The notes under the pieces: generated by a model | Databases searched by the model: none | Seen by the model: the letters and a program-made list of their open reading frames with translations, nothing else | Told to the model about the DNA's origin: nothing | Made by a program: the position numbers and the translations under genes | NCBI GenBank assembly: GCA_036503755.1 | Contig: DASXWI010000080.1 | Span: 1-48,435 of the forward strand | Direction: 5' to 3' | Length of the DNA stretch: 48,435 nucleotides | Origin: Saprospiraceae bacterium | Lineage (GTDB): Bacteria; Bacteroidota; Bacteroidia; Chitinophagales; Saprospiraceae | Shown here: in pieces, positions 28,101 to 36,730 of the stretch | How the letters are laid out: each line of letters starts with the position of its first letter | How positions within the stretch are numbered: the stretch's first letter is position 1

Positions 28101-28246
28101 ACTATCTATCTGGTCTTCACTCGTATGCTGCAGGAGATCCGGTACCTTTGCCCCCTTCTGTTTATTATACAGCTGCAGTGTTTCTTGCTTCCAGTTTATT
28201 AGGATATTGGAAATACAGGAGACATCATCCCCCGATGCATGTTTAA
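25130..28246 (+). CDS. ccsBA: System II cytochrome c biogenesis protein, fused CcsB(ResB)-CcsA heme lyase
   Basis: 1038 aa. The N-terminal part is ResB-like, with TM helices and a large periplasmic domain. The C-terminal part is polytopic and carries the WWD motif WGRYWGWDAKETWALV, with conserved His in flanking helices. Confidence 0.9.
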   Translation: MKRLFNSFFSTSAAGLYMILFALAIGVATFVENDFGTSAAQKVIFKARWFELLLVLFGISIAANIVRYKMVRQKKWAILTFHASILIILLGAGITRYFSYEGMMHIREDSTSNTFISADTYLNFEAKQHGKKFLFNEPVLFASLGKNKFKETYQIGNDIIDVELDAFIPNPENTLEAIPDGNAVLKLVIAGMNGREEYYLEEGDFVNLNGTWFNFGNPEQPQAINMYYRNDSLVMKSPEVLAHMVMATQAKDTIYPGAYVPLVIRSLYSNANINFVIGDFNPSAKLMMKSAGPKMKSESIAALKLKISINGTPSDIYVYGNKGIEGKPEKARAGDTELSISYGAKQISLPFSLKLRDFILERYPGTNSASSYASEVTLIDPAKGINKEQRIYMNNILDYGGYRFFQSSFDQDELGTVLSVNHDFWGTWISYIGYALLTIGLILTLFSKKSRFSEISRKLDEIRQVEKKGAMSGITIMMLFLSTGSLFGNSINESPRHSVSKAHAALFGRLVVQDDNGRMKPMNTLSSEVMRKVARKESLFGLTADQIFLGMTLYPEEWTQMPMIKIGSNEEIRKLIPAKGELASFNDFFTSSGQYVLREQVRRAYSLQPIDRTLMDKEIMKIDERVNICNMIFSGAMARIYPIENHPGDHWISPADVFKQTADISPDPFVRGFFPTYVTAVQEAMADGNWSKADQQVEALQQFQHAKGGDIVVSQRRIDMEILLNKMNVFSRLSKGYGLIGLVFLILFFTQVFKPGLNLKTPTRITFFILAAFFLLHTAGLGIRWYVSGRAPWSNGYESMIYIGFTTVLAGLIFARNSLGGLTATSILASTILMVAGLSWLDPEITPLVPVLKSYWLTIHVSMEAGSYGFLMLGAIIGLLNLILMIFLNKSNETRLFRTIKEMTYVSEMTLIGGLIMVSIGTYLGGVWANESWGRYWGWDAKETWALVTILVYAFILHMRFIPGLRGLYAFNVASLFGFASVMMTYFGVNYYLSGLHSYAAGDPVPLPPSVYYTAAVFLASSLLGYWKYRRHHPPMHV

Positions 28247-28273
28247 TCATTAATACAGATACCTATATCTAAA

Positions 28274-29338
28274 TCAGGTAGCAAGATTTTTTTCTAACAT
28301 ACTGACAACTATTTTAGGTTTGCCGTAGTGGTGAATTGTTTTATGATTAACCCAGGCATATTGTTCTTCTTTTTTTTGCGGAGCATACAAAAGATTCACA
28401 TCATGGAAACGGCCAACAATAGTTTGATGCGAAAGTAATTGTTGTTGGGGTGGAGAAACACTAACGACCTCATACACGTTGTGTCCGGTGATAGTAGTGA
28501 TCAACTGATCCACTTGGGAGCGGGTTAGGTTGTTTTTATTCTTGCGTTCAATCACAGGAGGTGCGTAAAGTCCTTGCCAGATATCTTTTTGTTGCCTGCG
28601 CACCAATAGGAATTTCCCTTTCCAGCGGAGTATAATAAAATGAAAATAGCGAAGGTTATTTGATTTCTTTTTTGAACGAACCGGAATCGCATCGACTAAA
28701 TTCTCTTTTCGGGCGATGCAATTTTTATTAAAAACGCAAGTAGGACAGTCAGGATTTTTGGGTTTGCATACGAGCGCACCAAAATTCATAATGGCCTGGT
28801 TAAAATCACCGGGAGAAACCCCTTTCATATATTTTCCGGCAAGTTCACGAATCGCCTCATGAGTTGCCGTGTCATCTATAGAGGTTGTGATCCCCGCATA
28901 ACGGGCTACTACTCGTTTAACATTTCCATCTACAACGGGATAGGGTAAACCATAAGCAAACGAAGCAATGGCGGCAGCGGAGTATGGACCAACTCCAGGT
29001 AATTGCAGGAGCGCTTCATAGGAGTCAGGAAATTGACCCTGATGATGTTCGATGATATACTGAGCGGCTTTGTGGAGGTTTCTGGCGCGGGTGTAATATC
29101 CAAGCCCTTGCCAGTATTTCAAGACTTCATCTAAATGAGCATTTCCTAAAGAATGAACATTCGGGAAACGATGTATAAATTTCAGATAATAAGAAGTACC
29201 CTGCGCAATTCGGGTTTGTTGCATGATGATTTCAGAGATCCAGATGTGATATGGATCTCGCGGACCATTGTCCCAGGGAAGTGGACGTGGGTTGTTGGTG
29301 TGCCAATGCAATAATTGCTTTGCGAATAAGGAAGGCAT
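28274..29338 (-). CDS. mutY: A/G-specific adenine DNA glycosylase
   Basis: HhH-GPD region LPGVGPYSAAAIASFA, 4Fe-4S loop CKPKNPDCPTCVFNKNC and a C-terminal NUDIX-like domain. I prefer the ATG at 29338 over the GTG at 29353. Confidence 0.9.
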   Translation of the reverse strand: MPSLFAKQLLHWHTNNPRPLPWDNGPRDPYHIWISEIIMQQTRIAQGTSYYLKFIHRFPNVHSLGNAHLDEVLKYWQGLGYYTRARNLHKAAQYIIEHHQGQFPDSYEALLQLPGVGPYSAAAIASFAYGLPYPVVDGNVKRVVARYAGITTSIDDTATHEAIRELAGKYMKGVSPGDFNQAIMNFGALVCKPKNPDCPTCVFNKNCIARKENLVDAIPVRSKKKSNNLRYFHFIILRWKGKFLLVRRQQKDIWQGLYAPPVIERKNKNNLTRSQVDQLITTITGHNVYEVVSVSPPQQQLLSHQTIVGRFHDVNLLYAPQKKEEQYAWVNHKTIHHYGKPKIVVSMLEKNLAT

Positions 29339-29441
29339 GGGGCAAAGGTACACCGACGTTCAGAAAGCAACCAATGAAGTTATACGCTGATGCAGAATAT
29401 TATAAGAATCAAACAAGTAATCAATATACTTGAGTAGATTT

Positions 29442-32381
29442 TTATTTATTCCATTCGGCAAGCTTTGCAAGGAGCTCATCATAACTAAGCTCAAGGGACT
29501 CCATACCATTTTCATGGATATGCTCTACATGATACCGGTTTCCATTCTGACTAATCTGAGTACCCTGGCTTCCATTTTGCGAGGAAACATAAGTAGCCAA
29601 TAGCTTACCGGTTTCAAGGTCATAAAACTTTTCAGTTTTTTCATTTGCAGATAAAAGGTTATAGACCGAGCTGGCGTTAAAAACGAATGGCCAGTGTATT
29701 ATCGTTGATTCAGGAAGAATGATTTCTTTTGAAATCCGTTTTTCATCTCCCGGTTCCATTAATAAAGAGACAGAGACAGAGTCCTTGCAAAGACGGATAT
29801 GTTTGGTGCCATCCATGAACCTTCCTGTAGGAATTATTTCATTCAAGCAACCTGATTGCAGTATTCCATTTTCGAAGCGTATAGTCTTTACCGGATGACC
29901 ACTACTATAATACTGAGTCACCCCGCTTGAATAGGGTTTGGAATAGATTGACTTTGCAATGATATTTTTTTGCTCATCAAATGTAGTACTGGAATCTCCA
30001 TGGTAAACAATGGACCAAAAAGTATCAACACCAAAATAACAATTAGAGGTTTTCACCAAAAACCCATTTTTGTATTCATCCACTATGGAATATTCGGGGT
30101 CACGTCTTTTGAAACCTTCATAAGGAAGCCCACCTTTTTTATATAACCATTCCAGTTCATTGTTGGTGATAAGTGAATCACCGGAAAGTGTTCCGTTCTT
30201 GTAAATGGCTAATTTTGGAACCGAACCGAAAGCAAAATCTTCCTTGGCAGGCAAGACGCCATCCATAATCTGACCGTTTACAAATCGAGAGCGTAAAGGT
30301 TTGCCTTTGATATAATAGACAGCTTCACCATGTAATATTCCCTTGTCAAACTGTTCTTCTGCAATCAGACCTTGCTGACCCCGATCAGATGAAAACCTGA
30401 AAGAGCAACCATGTAATATACCTTCGACGTATTGGTTGAGGTTATGTGATTCAGTAAATGTTCCTTGAAAGGGTTTACCATCCACGTAAAATCCACTAAA
30501 CTTCAGGGTGTCTTTTGCGTCAGGCATCAGGCATCGCACCAGTGTTGAGTCAGAACTATTGCGCACTATTTTTTTCCAGCAATCAACATCTCCGGTCTTT
30601 TCTCCATCAATGTAGTTGTAATGGCATGTGAAAGGACCTTCTTTTTTTATAACCACACCCTGAATCAAACCTCGCTCATACGTGACAGGAGTGGCTTTGT
30701 CCTTTTCAAGGAAAGTTCCGGAGTATGGTTTACCATTTCTATATTCACCTGAAGCTTCAATGGTGCCGGCATTTTTATAAACAGTATATGGGCCATGTAA
30801 TGTATCGTTCCGGTACATTTCGGATTTGATCAATTCATTGGATCTGTTAAAATATCTTTTCTCGCCATTTAATCGTCCGTACTGATAGGTTGATTCTTCA
30901 TTGTCCCGGATAAAGACGCCATCAAAAGGCTTGTTATTTTTACGAACACCCTTAAACCGTATTTCACCATTTACATCATAATACAGTATAGTTTGGTCTT
31001 CAAAATTGTCGTAAGAAAACAGCACCAAAGAGTCACGGGTATATGCTTTCGTTTGGGTTTGTTTTCCTTCCTCATATTTGGTTACAGCGATAGTCTGTCC
31101 GTCCGGATTTGCAAATTCTCCGCTGAAAGGTTTTCCGGATTTATTCCATCCCTCAATTGGTCCTAATTTGGGGTATGTAAATGAAACCGTTTTTCCTTCT
31201 GCTGTATTATTGATATAATTTGTAATAGATACGAGATTGCCTTTTGTATCAAATTTTCGGCAATTTCCATTTTTCATTGCGTTGGTGTAATAACAAAGTT
31301 CATTGCGATGGTAGATAAAACCTGTATCAGGATAATCATTAATATAATTACCTATAAAAACGGAGTCAGTTAATGGATGACGGTATGTGGTAAGGCCATT
31401 CTTCATGCCATTGTGTACCGTGTAAGTATAAAATTTATGCTGAAAGTCTGCCGACCACTCCACTACCTCACCCTCAATTTGACCATCTCGAAATGGTTCA
31501 AGGACTCTCTCACGGAGTAAACTTCCGTCAAGGGGAGCATCATATTTATATGTGCATGATCCCAGGTATACACCTTGAGGAGATAGGGATATTCTTTCTT
31601 TGAGTGTAGTATCTACATAGGATTCAATATACTTGATAGCGGCTGGTTTGAAAGAGAAGAATGTTTTATCATAATATTCTACATGCGTACCATGAACAGG
31701 AACCTTATTGTTGTAAGTGCATTTGCCCAAAACTTTACCCTCCTGTGTAAAATATTTGGCAGAAGTTAGGCCGTATTCAGTAGAATCGAGTTCTGCCACC
31801 ATCGCTTTCCGTCCTGAAGCATAATACTTTATTAGCCCAGTTTTCTTTCCTTTTTGATATACTCCAAAAGTATAGGGATTTCGGAGACTCAAAGCAAAAG
31901 CATCCGGCATTTTGCCTTTGTATTGATTGTCGTTTTTAAACCACCCTTTAGCTATTTGATTTCCCTTCTCATCATAAAAGTAGGCAACGCCATTTTTTTT
32001 ACCACGGACACACCATAGCGATGAAGCTTTTATAAAATTTTTATCATAGAACGTAATCCAGCCATCCTTATAGGTTTTGTGCTCGCATATGCTTGAGATT
32101 GATCCATCGGAATTATAACGGATCACCGTACCAGTCAGGTGATCGGCATCCGGTTGATCTGAATATCCGGCCATTTGAATATTACCTGATTTGTAATAAT
32201 CACGAATCCTGTATTGACCCGTTGGCATTTTATCAATCAGCCGGAAATAGAAATGTTTTCCTTTTTCCATAGGCTTAAATTTGCCATCCAGAAAAATGGT
32301 ATCGCCCTGAGCGATCGACGAAAAAACACTACCCAAAACCATCACAAGTATAAAAGCAATGTGAAATATCAACTCTTTCAT
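29442..32381 (-). CDS. Large secreted repeat protein (MORN-variant/YwqK-like repeats?), function unknown
   Basis: Signal peptide MKELIFHIAFILVMVLGSVFSSIAQG. 979 aa with many loosely repeated G/Y/K-rich beta-hairpin-like units (NGKPFSGEF, NGKPYSGTF, DGKPFQGTF). The family call is tentative. Confidence 0.4.
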   Translation of the reverse strand: MKELIFHIAFILVMVLGSVFSSIAQGDTIFLDGKFKPMEKGKHFYFRLIDKMPTGQYRIRDYYKSGNIQMAGYSDQPDADHLTGTVIRYNSDGSISSICEHKTYKDGWITFYDKNFIKASSLWCVRGKKNGVAYFYDEKGNQIAKGWFKNDNQYKGKMPDAFALSLRNPYTFGVYQKGKKTGLIKYYASGRKAMVAELDSTEYGLTSAKYFTQEGKVLGKCTYNNKVPVHGTHVEYYDKTFFSFKPAAIKYIESYVDTTLKERISLSPQGVYLGSCTYKYDAPLDGSLLRERVLEPFRDGQIEGEVVEWSADFQHKFYTYTVHNGMKNGLTTYRHPLTDSVFIGNYINDYPDTGFIYHRNELCYYTNAMKNGNCRKFDTKGNLVSITNYINNTAEGKTVSFTYPKLGPIEGWNKSGKPFSGEFANPDGQTIAVTKYEEGKQTQTKAYTRDSLVLFSYDNFEDQTILYYDVNGEIRFKGVRKNNKPFDGVFIRDNEESTYQYGRLNGEKRYFNRSNELIKSEMYRNDTLHGPYTVYKNAGTIEASGEYRNGKPYSGTFLEKDKATPVTYERGLIQGVVIKKEGPFTCHYNYIDGEKTGDVDCWKKIVRNSSDSTLVRCLMPDAKDTLKFSGFYVDGKPFQGTFTESHNLNQYVEGILHGCSFRFSSDRGQQGLIAEEQFDKGILHGEAVYYIKGKPLRSRFVNGQIMDGVLPAKEDFAFGSVPKLAIYKNGTLSGDSLITNNELEWLYKKGGLPYEGFKRRDPEYSIVDEYKNGFLVKTSNCYFGVDTFWSIVYHGDSSTTFDEQKNIIAKSIYSKPYSSGVTQYYSSGHPVKTIRFENGILQSGCLNEIIPTGRFMDGTKHIRLCKDSVSVSLLMEPGDEKRISKEIILPESTIIHWPFVFNASSVYNLLSANEKTEKFYDLETGKLLATYVSSQNGSQGTQISQNGNRYHVEHIHENGMESLELSYDELLAKLAEWNK

Positions 32382-32498
32382 GATTGGTGACTTGAAAGAT
32401 GAAGATATAAAACCTGCAATTAACCAGATGACATAAGTGAGGTTAGTTTATCACTTAATAATACCAGGTTATAATTTAATACGGGACTGAGAATGGAG

Positions 32499-33017
32499 TT
32501 ATGGCCGGATCGAATGATACCTTTTCTCAATCATTTCTTTAAGCTCCTTACGGGCAAAGAAGATCCTGCTTTTTACAGTTCCCAATGGGAGATTGAGGGT
32601 GTCCGCAATCTCCTGGTATTTATGGCCGAGGTAATGCATTTCAAACGGAACACGTAAAGATTCATCAAGATTATCTACCATCGTATTCAGCTCATTCATC
32701 ATGATGTTTGATTCTGCGCTGTTGCTGATGCTGGCTGCTCCACTATTGATATAATAGAGATTCTCGGTAGAATCGATGATGGTGCGTGTCTTTATATTCT
32801 TCCTATAGTTGTTGATGAAGATGTTTTTCATGATCGTCAACAACCAGGCTTTTAGGTTTGTACCTGGAATAAACTTATCGACATTGCTGATTGCCCTGAA
32901 TGCAGTTTCCTGGTAAAGGTCTTTCGCCTCTTCACTGTTCTTGGTCAATTTGTATGCGAATGTATGGAGGGGTCCGCTAAGACTTGACAATTGGTTATTG
33001 AAATCGGTGGCTGACAT
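32499..33017 (-). CDS. ECF (sigma-70 family group 4) RNA polymerase sigma factor
   Basis: Region 2 (AKDLYQETAFRA...) and region 4 HTH (YQEIADTLNLPLGTVKSRIFFARKELK). I prefer the ATG at 33017; the track start at 33083 is a TTG. Confidence 0.85.
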   Translation of the reverse strand: MSATDFNNQLSSLSGPLHTFAYKLTKNSEEAKDLYQETAFRAISNVDKFIPGTNLKAWLLTIMKNIFINNYRKNIKTRTIIDSTENLYYINSGAASISNSAESNIMMNELNTMVDNLDESLRVPFEMHYLGHKYQEIADTLNLPLGTVKSRIFFARKELKEMIEKRYHSIRP

Positions 33018-33150
33018 AGTGTTTGTTTTTGTCCAACCAAAATTACGGCAACCTTCAACAGTAATGCAAGAAAAGTTAGACAAACTAACGTGATTTAACG
33101 ATAAATTAACGGTTGAACGGGCGAGTTGCTATATAAAACCCATAATATCA

Positions 33151-33195
33151 ATCAATTATACAAAATAATTGATTTCATTATTTATTGAAATCAAT
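33151..33195. promoter_or_regulatory. Nested perfect inverted repeats in the divergent sigma/ddl promoter region
   Basis: Read directly. ATCAATTAT (33151-33159) and ATAATTGAT (33165-33173) are separated by ACAAA. ATTGATTTCA (33168-33177) and TGAAATCAAT (33186-33195) are separated by an 8-nt spacer. Confidence 0.3.
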
Positions 33196-33340
33196 GAAAG
33201 GCAATAAAGATCTACAGGAAGGATCATCCTGATTTTCTTATATAACGGCTTTAGAACAGCTTGGAATACATCAATCGTGTATTAATACTGATTTATCAAC
33301 ACTTTATGTTTTCCATGAATGCCTTTATCTTGCTGATCCA

Positions 33341-34315
33341 ATGATCAATGTAGCCATAATAGCCGGCGGCCCTTCTGCCGAAAGAGGTGTTTCCCTGAAA
33401 AGCGCCCAAACCATAGCCAAACACCTGCCCACTGATAAGTATCGCAGTACAACCATTGATATCACCCCTGATGGATGGAGAGATATGCTCACAGGAGCTG
33501 TTATTGACCTCAATTCATTTACCATGAAAGATGCAAATGGCCAACAAAAGGTATCATTTGACTTTGCTTTTATTATTATTCATGGTACTCCTGCAGAGGA
33601 TGGAAAATTGCAGGGATACCTTGAAATGATGGGTATTCCGCATAGTGCATGTGGTGTGTTGACCAGCGCGTTGACGTTCAACAAACAAATGTGCAAGGAC
33701 CATCTCAAGTTATACCAGGTACCCATGGCTGAGAGTATGATTGTAAATGCAGTTACGACCAGGGAATCTGTTGAAACAAATCAAATTACCCTTCCATTAT
33801 TTGTTAAGCCAAACAACAATGGTTCGAGCTATGGTGTTACCAAAGTGAAGGCCTGGGATCAACTTGAAGGTGCAATCAAACTTGCACTTCAGTTTGATCA
33901 TGAAGTGATGATTGAGCGCGCTATTCAAGGTTCAGAATATTCCTGCGGTGTAGTAAGAGATGGTTCAACATATCATATTCTTCCGATCACAGAAATTATA
34001 CCCAAGGGAGAGTTTTTTGATTTTGCCGCTAAGTATGAAGGAGAAAGCCAGGAGATCACGCCCGCCAGGCTGGATGATAATCTGGCAAAACAATGCCAGG
34101 AAAGATCAGGTTTGCTTTACAAACTATTAGGTTGTAGAGGCATGGTTCGATTTGATTACATCCTTGAACAAGGCACGTTCTATTTACTTGAAGCCAACAC
34201 TACGCCAGGAATGTCAGAAGCCTCAATTATACCGCAACAAGCAAGGGCTTATGGATGGTCCATTTCCCAATTACTGGATGTCGTAGTAAGTGATTGTCTT
34301 GCGAACCGATATTAA
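33341..34315 (+). CDS. ddl: D-alanine--D-alanine ligase
   Basis: N-terminal GGPSAERGVSLKSA, ATP-grasp motifs and LEANTTPGM near the C-terminus, 324 aa. Confidence 0.92.
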   Translation: MINVAIIAGGPSAERGVSLKSAQTIAKHLPTDKYRSTTIDITPDGWRDMLTGAVIDLNSFTMKDANGQQKVSFDFAFIIIHGTPAEDGKLQGYLEMMGIPHSACGVLTSALTFNKQMCKDHLKLYQVPMAESMIVNAVTTRESVETNQITLPLFVKPNNNGSSYGVTKVKAWDQLEGAIKLALQFDHEVMIERAIQGSEYSCGVVRDGSTYHILPITEIIPKGEFFDFAAKYEGESQEITPARLDDNLAKQCQERSGLLYKLLGCRGMVRFDYILEQGTFYLLEANTTPGMSEASIIPQQARAYGWSISQLLDVVVSDCLANRY

Positions 34316-34382
34316 AGTATAGTCCACCCATGAAATGAAATAGGAATAAAAAAGTAGATTTTTCATTTTAAAACCTATTAAT

Positions 34383-34718
34383 ATGGGAAAGTTCTCAATT
34401 TCAAAAAGGACAAATGGTGAATTTCAATTCAATCTTTTGGCCGACAACAATCAAACCATTTTAACCAGCCAGGGTTATTCCGTGAAAGCAAATTGCCTCA
34501 ATGGTATTGAATCTGTAAGGACCAATGCTTCATCAGACGCAAGCTACGAATCCAAAGATGCTGCTAATGGGAAAAAGTATTTTGTCCTGAAATCATCTAA
34601 TGGACAAGTCATTGGAACAAGCCAGATGTATGCAGATTCATCCGGATGTAATGCGGGTATAGCTTCTGTAAAGCGTAATGCGCCGGATGCATCCGTTGAA
34701 GACTTAAGTGCTGAATAA
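34383..34718 (+). CDS. YegP-family (DUF1508/UPF0339) protein with two repeats
   Basis: Two copies of the pattern GEFQFNLLADNNQTILTSQGYSVKANCLNGIESVRTNA / KKYFVLKSSNGQVIGTSQMYADSSGCNAGIASVKRNA. Confidence 0.8.
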   Translation: MGKFSISKRTNGEFQFNLLADNNQTILTSQGYSVKANCLNGIESVRTNASSDASYESKDAANGKKYFVLKSSNGQVIGTSQMYADSSGCNAGIASVKRNAPDASVEDLSAE

Positions 34719-34765
34719 AATCCGGCACATCAGATATTTTGGTTTGATGAAAAGGCCTGTAATCT

Positions 34766-35842
34766 TTAACCAAGGATATCCCGGTAGATTTTTCTTCCAA
34801 CCACCAATACACTTCCTATAATTCCTCCGATCAAAATACCGAGAATCAATTTTCGAAGCAGGGAAATTTGTGTTGGTTGAATAGGAGAAAGTGGTGAATC
34901 GATCACCTGGATAAAAGGCATTTTGTTTTTTAAACTGAAATCCGCAACCTCAGTGTTTTTCAACACTTCAGCATACATCGCTGATAGTGCCGTAATCTCT
35001 CTTTGCAGACGCAGCTCATTGATTTGGTCAGTACGCATCAGCAAACCTCTGTGAGAATCTTTAAAGTTGGCTAATTGATATTCAGTGCCTTTAAGCACAG
35101 CAAGTACTGAATCTTTTTTAGCGCTGACTACCGTATAGGTTTTGAGTTGTTTTTCAATGGCCTTATTGACGTAATAATCACTCAATGATTCGAACATGCG
35201 CTGGGCAAGTGCGATGGACAAAGCCTCATTGGTGGTGGAAACACTTAGAGACATAATATTCGTGTCTTCATTATAATCTGCAGAAATCAATGCTTCTTTT
35301 GGATTCTCTGGCGGACCAATGATGAAGTTGTACAACATGATCAGCATTTCATTTTCAATCCGACTGAAGATAGGAAGGCTGTCGTGTGTAAATTGAAAAG
35401 TATTTCCAGGCTCCCCTTTTTTCACACCTGGAGCTTTCAGCTCATAAATATTGATCATGTGGTTCGCCAGAAAATCTTCGTTTCCATCTAACTCCAGTTT
35501 AGAAAACAGGGTGTGTTCGATGACGCGTCTTGATTTACTTAACGCCAGAATTTTATCAAGGTTATAACGGGAAGGTCGGACAGATCCTATACCAAACTGC
35601 CCAAGAATACCGGTTAATCCCTGAGCACTTCCACCTTCATCTTCATCAACGCTGAACGTAATTTTCGCTGGATAGACAGGCTCAAAAGAAAAATATTGAT
35701 ATACTTGGAAGGCACAGGCAAGGACTATACACAAAGCAGGAATTTGCCAATAACGCCAGACTTCAGCAACGAAAGATTTTAGCTTGAAAATCAGATCACG
35801 TAAAGAAATCTCGTCATTGTATTGATTGTGTTTTTCGTCCAT
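34766..35842 (-). CDS. Wzz-like polysaccharide chain-length determinant protein
   Basis: N-terminal Wzz-type segment (DEISLRDLIFKL... then a TM helix), a long helical periplasmic region and a C-terminal TM helix LILGILIGGIIGSVLVVG. It is adjacent to rfbA. Confidence 0.6.
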   Translation of the reverse strand: MDEKHNQYNDEISLRDLIFKLKSFVAEVWRYWQIPALCIVLACAFQVYQYFSFEPVYPAKITFSVDEDEGGSAQGLTGILGQFGIGSVRPSRYNLDKILALSKSRRVIEHTLFSKLELDGNEDFLANHMINIYELKAPGVKKGEPGNTFQFTHDSLPIFSRIENEMLIMLYNFIIGPPENPKEALISADYNEDTNIMSLSVSTTNEALSIALAQRMFESLSDYYVNKAIEKQLKTYTVVSAKKDSVLAVLKGTEYQLANFKDSHRGLLMRTDQINELRLQREITALSAMYAEVLKNTEVADFSLKNKMPFIQVIDSPLSPIQPTQISLLRKLILGILIGGIIGSVLVVGRKIYRDILG

Positions 35843-35845
35843 AGG

Positions 35846-36730
35846 TTAGCCGGCAATGAGTTTCATAAGATACTGGCCATACCCGCTCTTTAACAAAGGT
35901 TGTGCCTGAATTGCTAACTGGTCTTTGGTGATGTAGCCCATTCGGTAGGCAACTTCCTCAATACACCCGATTTTTAGTCCTTGTCGTTTTTCAATAATAC
36001 GGACGAATTCAGTAGCATCGTGAAGACTGTCGAAGGTGCCGGTGTCAAGCCAGGCTGAACCCCTTCCAAAGGTTTTTACCCTCAACCGCCCTTGTTCCAG
36101 GTAAGCTTTATTGACATCTGTTATTTCATATTCTCCTCTTGGTGAAGGGCTGAGATTTTTAGCGATATCTACTACAGAATTGTCATAAAAATAGAGGCCG
36201 GGGACTGCATAGTTGGACTTGGGATTAGTTGGTTTTTCAACAATTTCCAAAGCCTTCATATTTTCATCAAAGGATACAACTCCATATCGTTCAGGATCAG
36301 AAACAGGATAAGCAAAAATGACTGCGCCATCAGGATTCTTACAATCGGCGAGGAAATCCGGCATCTGTGTCCTGTAGAAAATGTTATCCCCAAGTATCAG
36401 ACAAGCGGAATCATTACCTATAAATTCAGCACCTATCACAAAAGCCTGGGCGAGACCATTAGGTACGGATTGAATAGCATACTGAAAATTACAACCCAAT
36501 GCGCTACCGTCCTCAAGCAACCTTACAAATCCGGCGTGATCTTCTGGGGTAGTAATGATCAGAATGTCCCTGATGCCAGCTAGCAACAGCACAGACAACG
36601 GATAATAGATCATAGGCTTGTCATAAACCGGGATCAATTGCTTAGACACCGCACGAGTTATGGGATAAAGGCGAGTGCCGGAGCCGCCTGCTAGTATAAT
36701 ACCTTTCACAAGGGTAAAGATAGTGAGCAT
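35846..36730 (-). CDS. rfbA: Glucose-1-phosphate thymidylyltransferase
   Basis: [24 protein letters not shown] signature and strong family-like sequence throughout. The track start at 36847 is a TTG and adds a non-homologous extension. The real start is the ATG at 36730 or, more canonically, the GTG at 36709 (giving MKGIILAGG, 287 aa). Confidence 0.9.
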   Translation of the reverse strand: MLTIFTLVKGIILAGGSGTRLYPITRAVSKQLIPVYDKPMIYYPLSVLLLAGIRDILIITTPEDHAGFVRLLEDGSALGCNFQYAIQSVPNGLAQAFVIGAEFIGNDSACLILGDNIFYRTQMPDFLADCKNPDGAVIFAYPVSDPERYGVVSFDENMKALEIVEKPTNPKSNYAVPGLYFYDNSVVDIAKNLSPSPRGEYEITDVNKAYLEQGRLRVKTFGRGSAWLDTGTFDSLHDATEFVRIIEKRQGLKIGCIEEVAYRMGYITKDQLAIQAQPLLKSGYGQYLMKLIAG

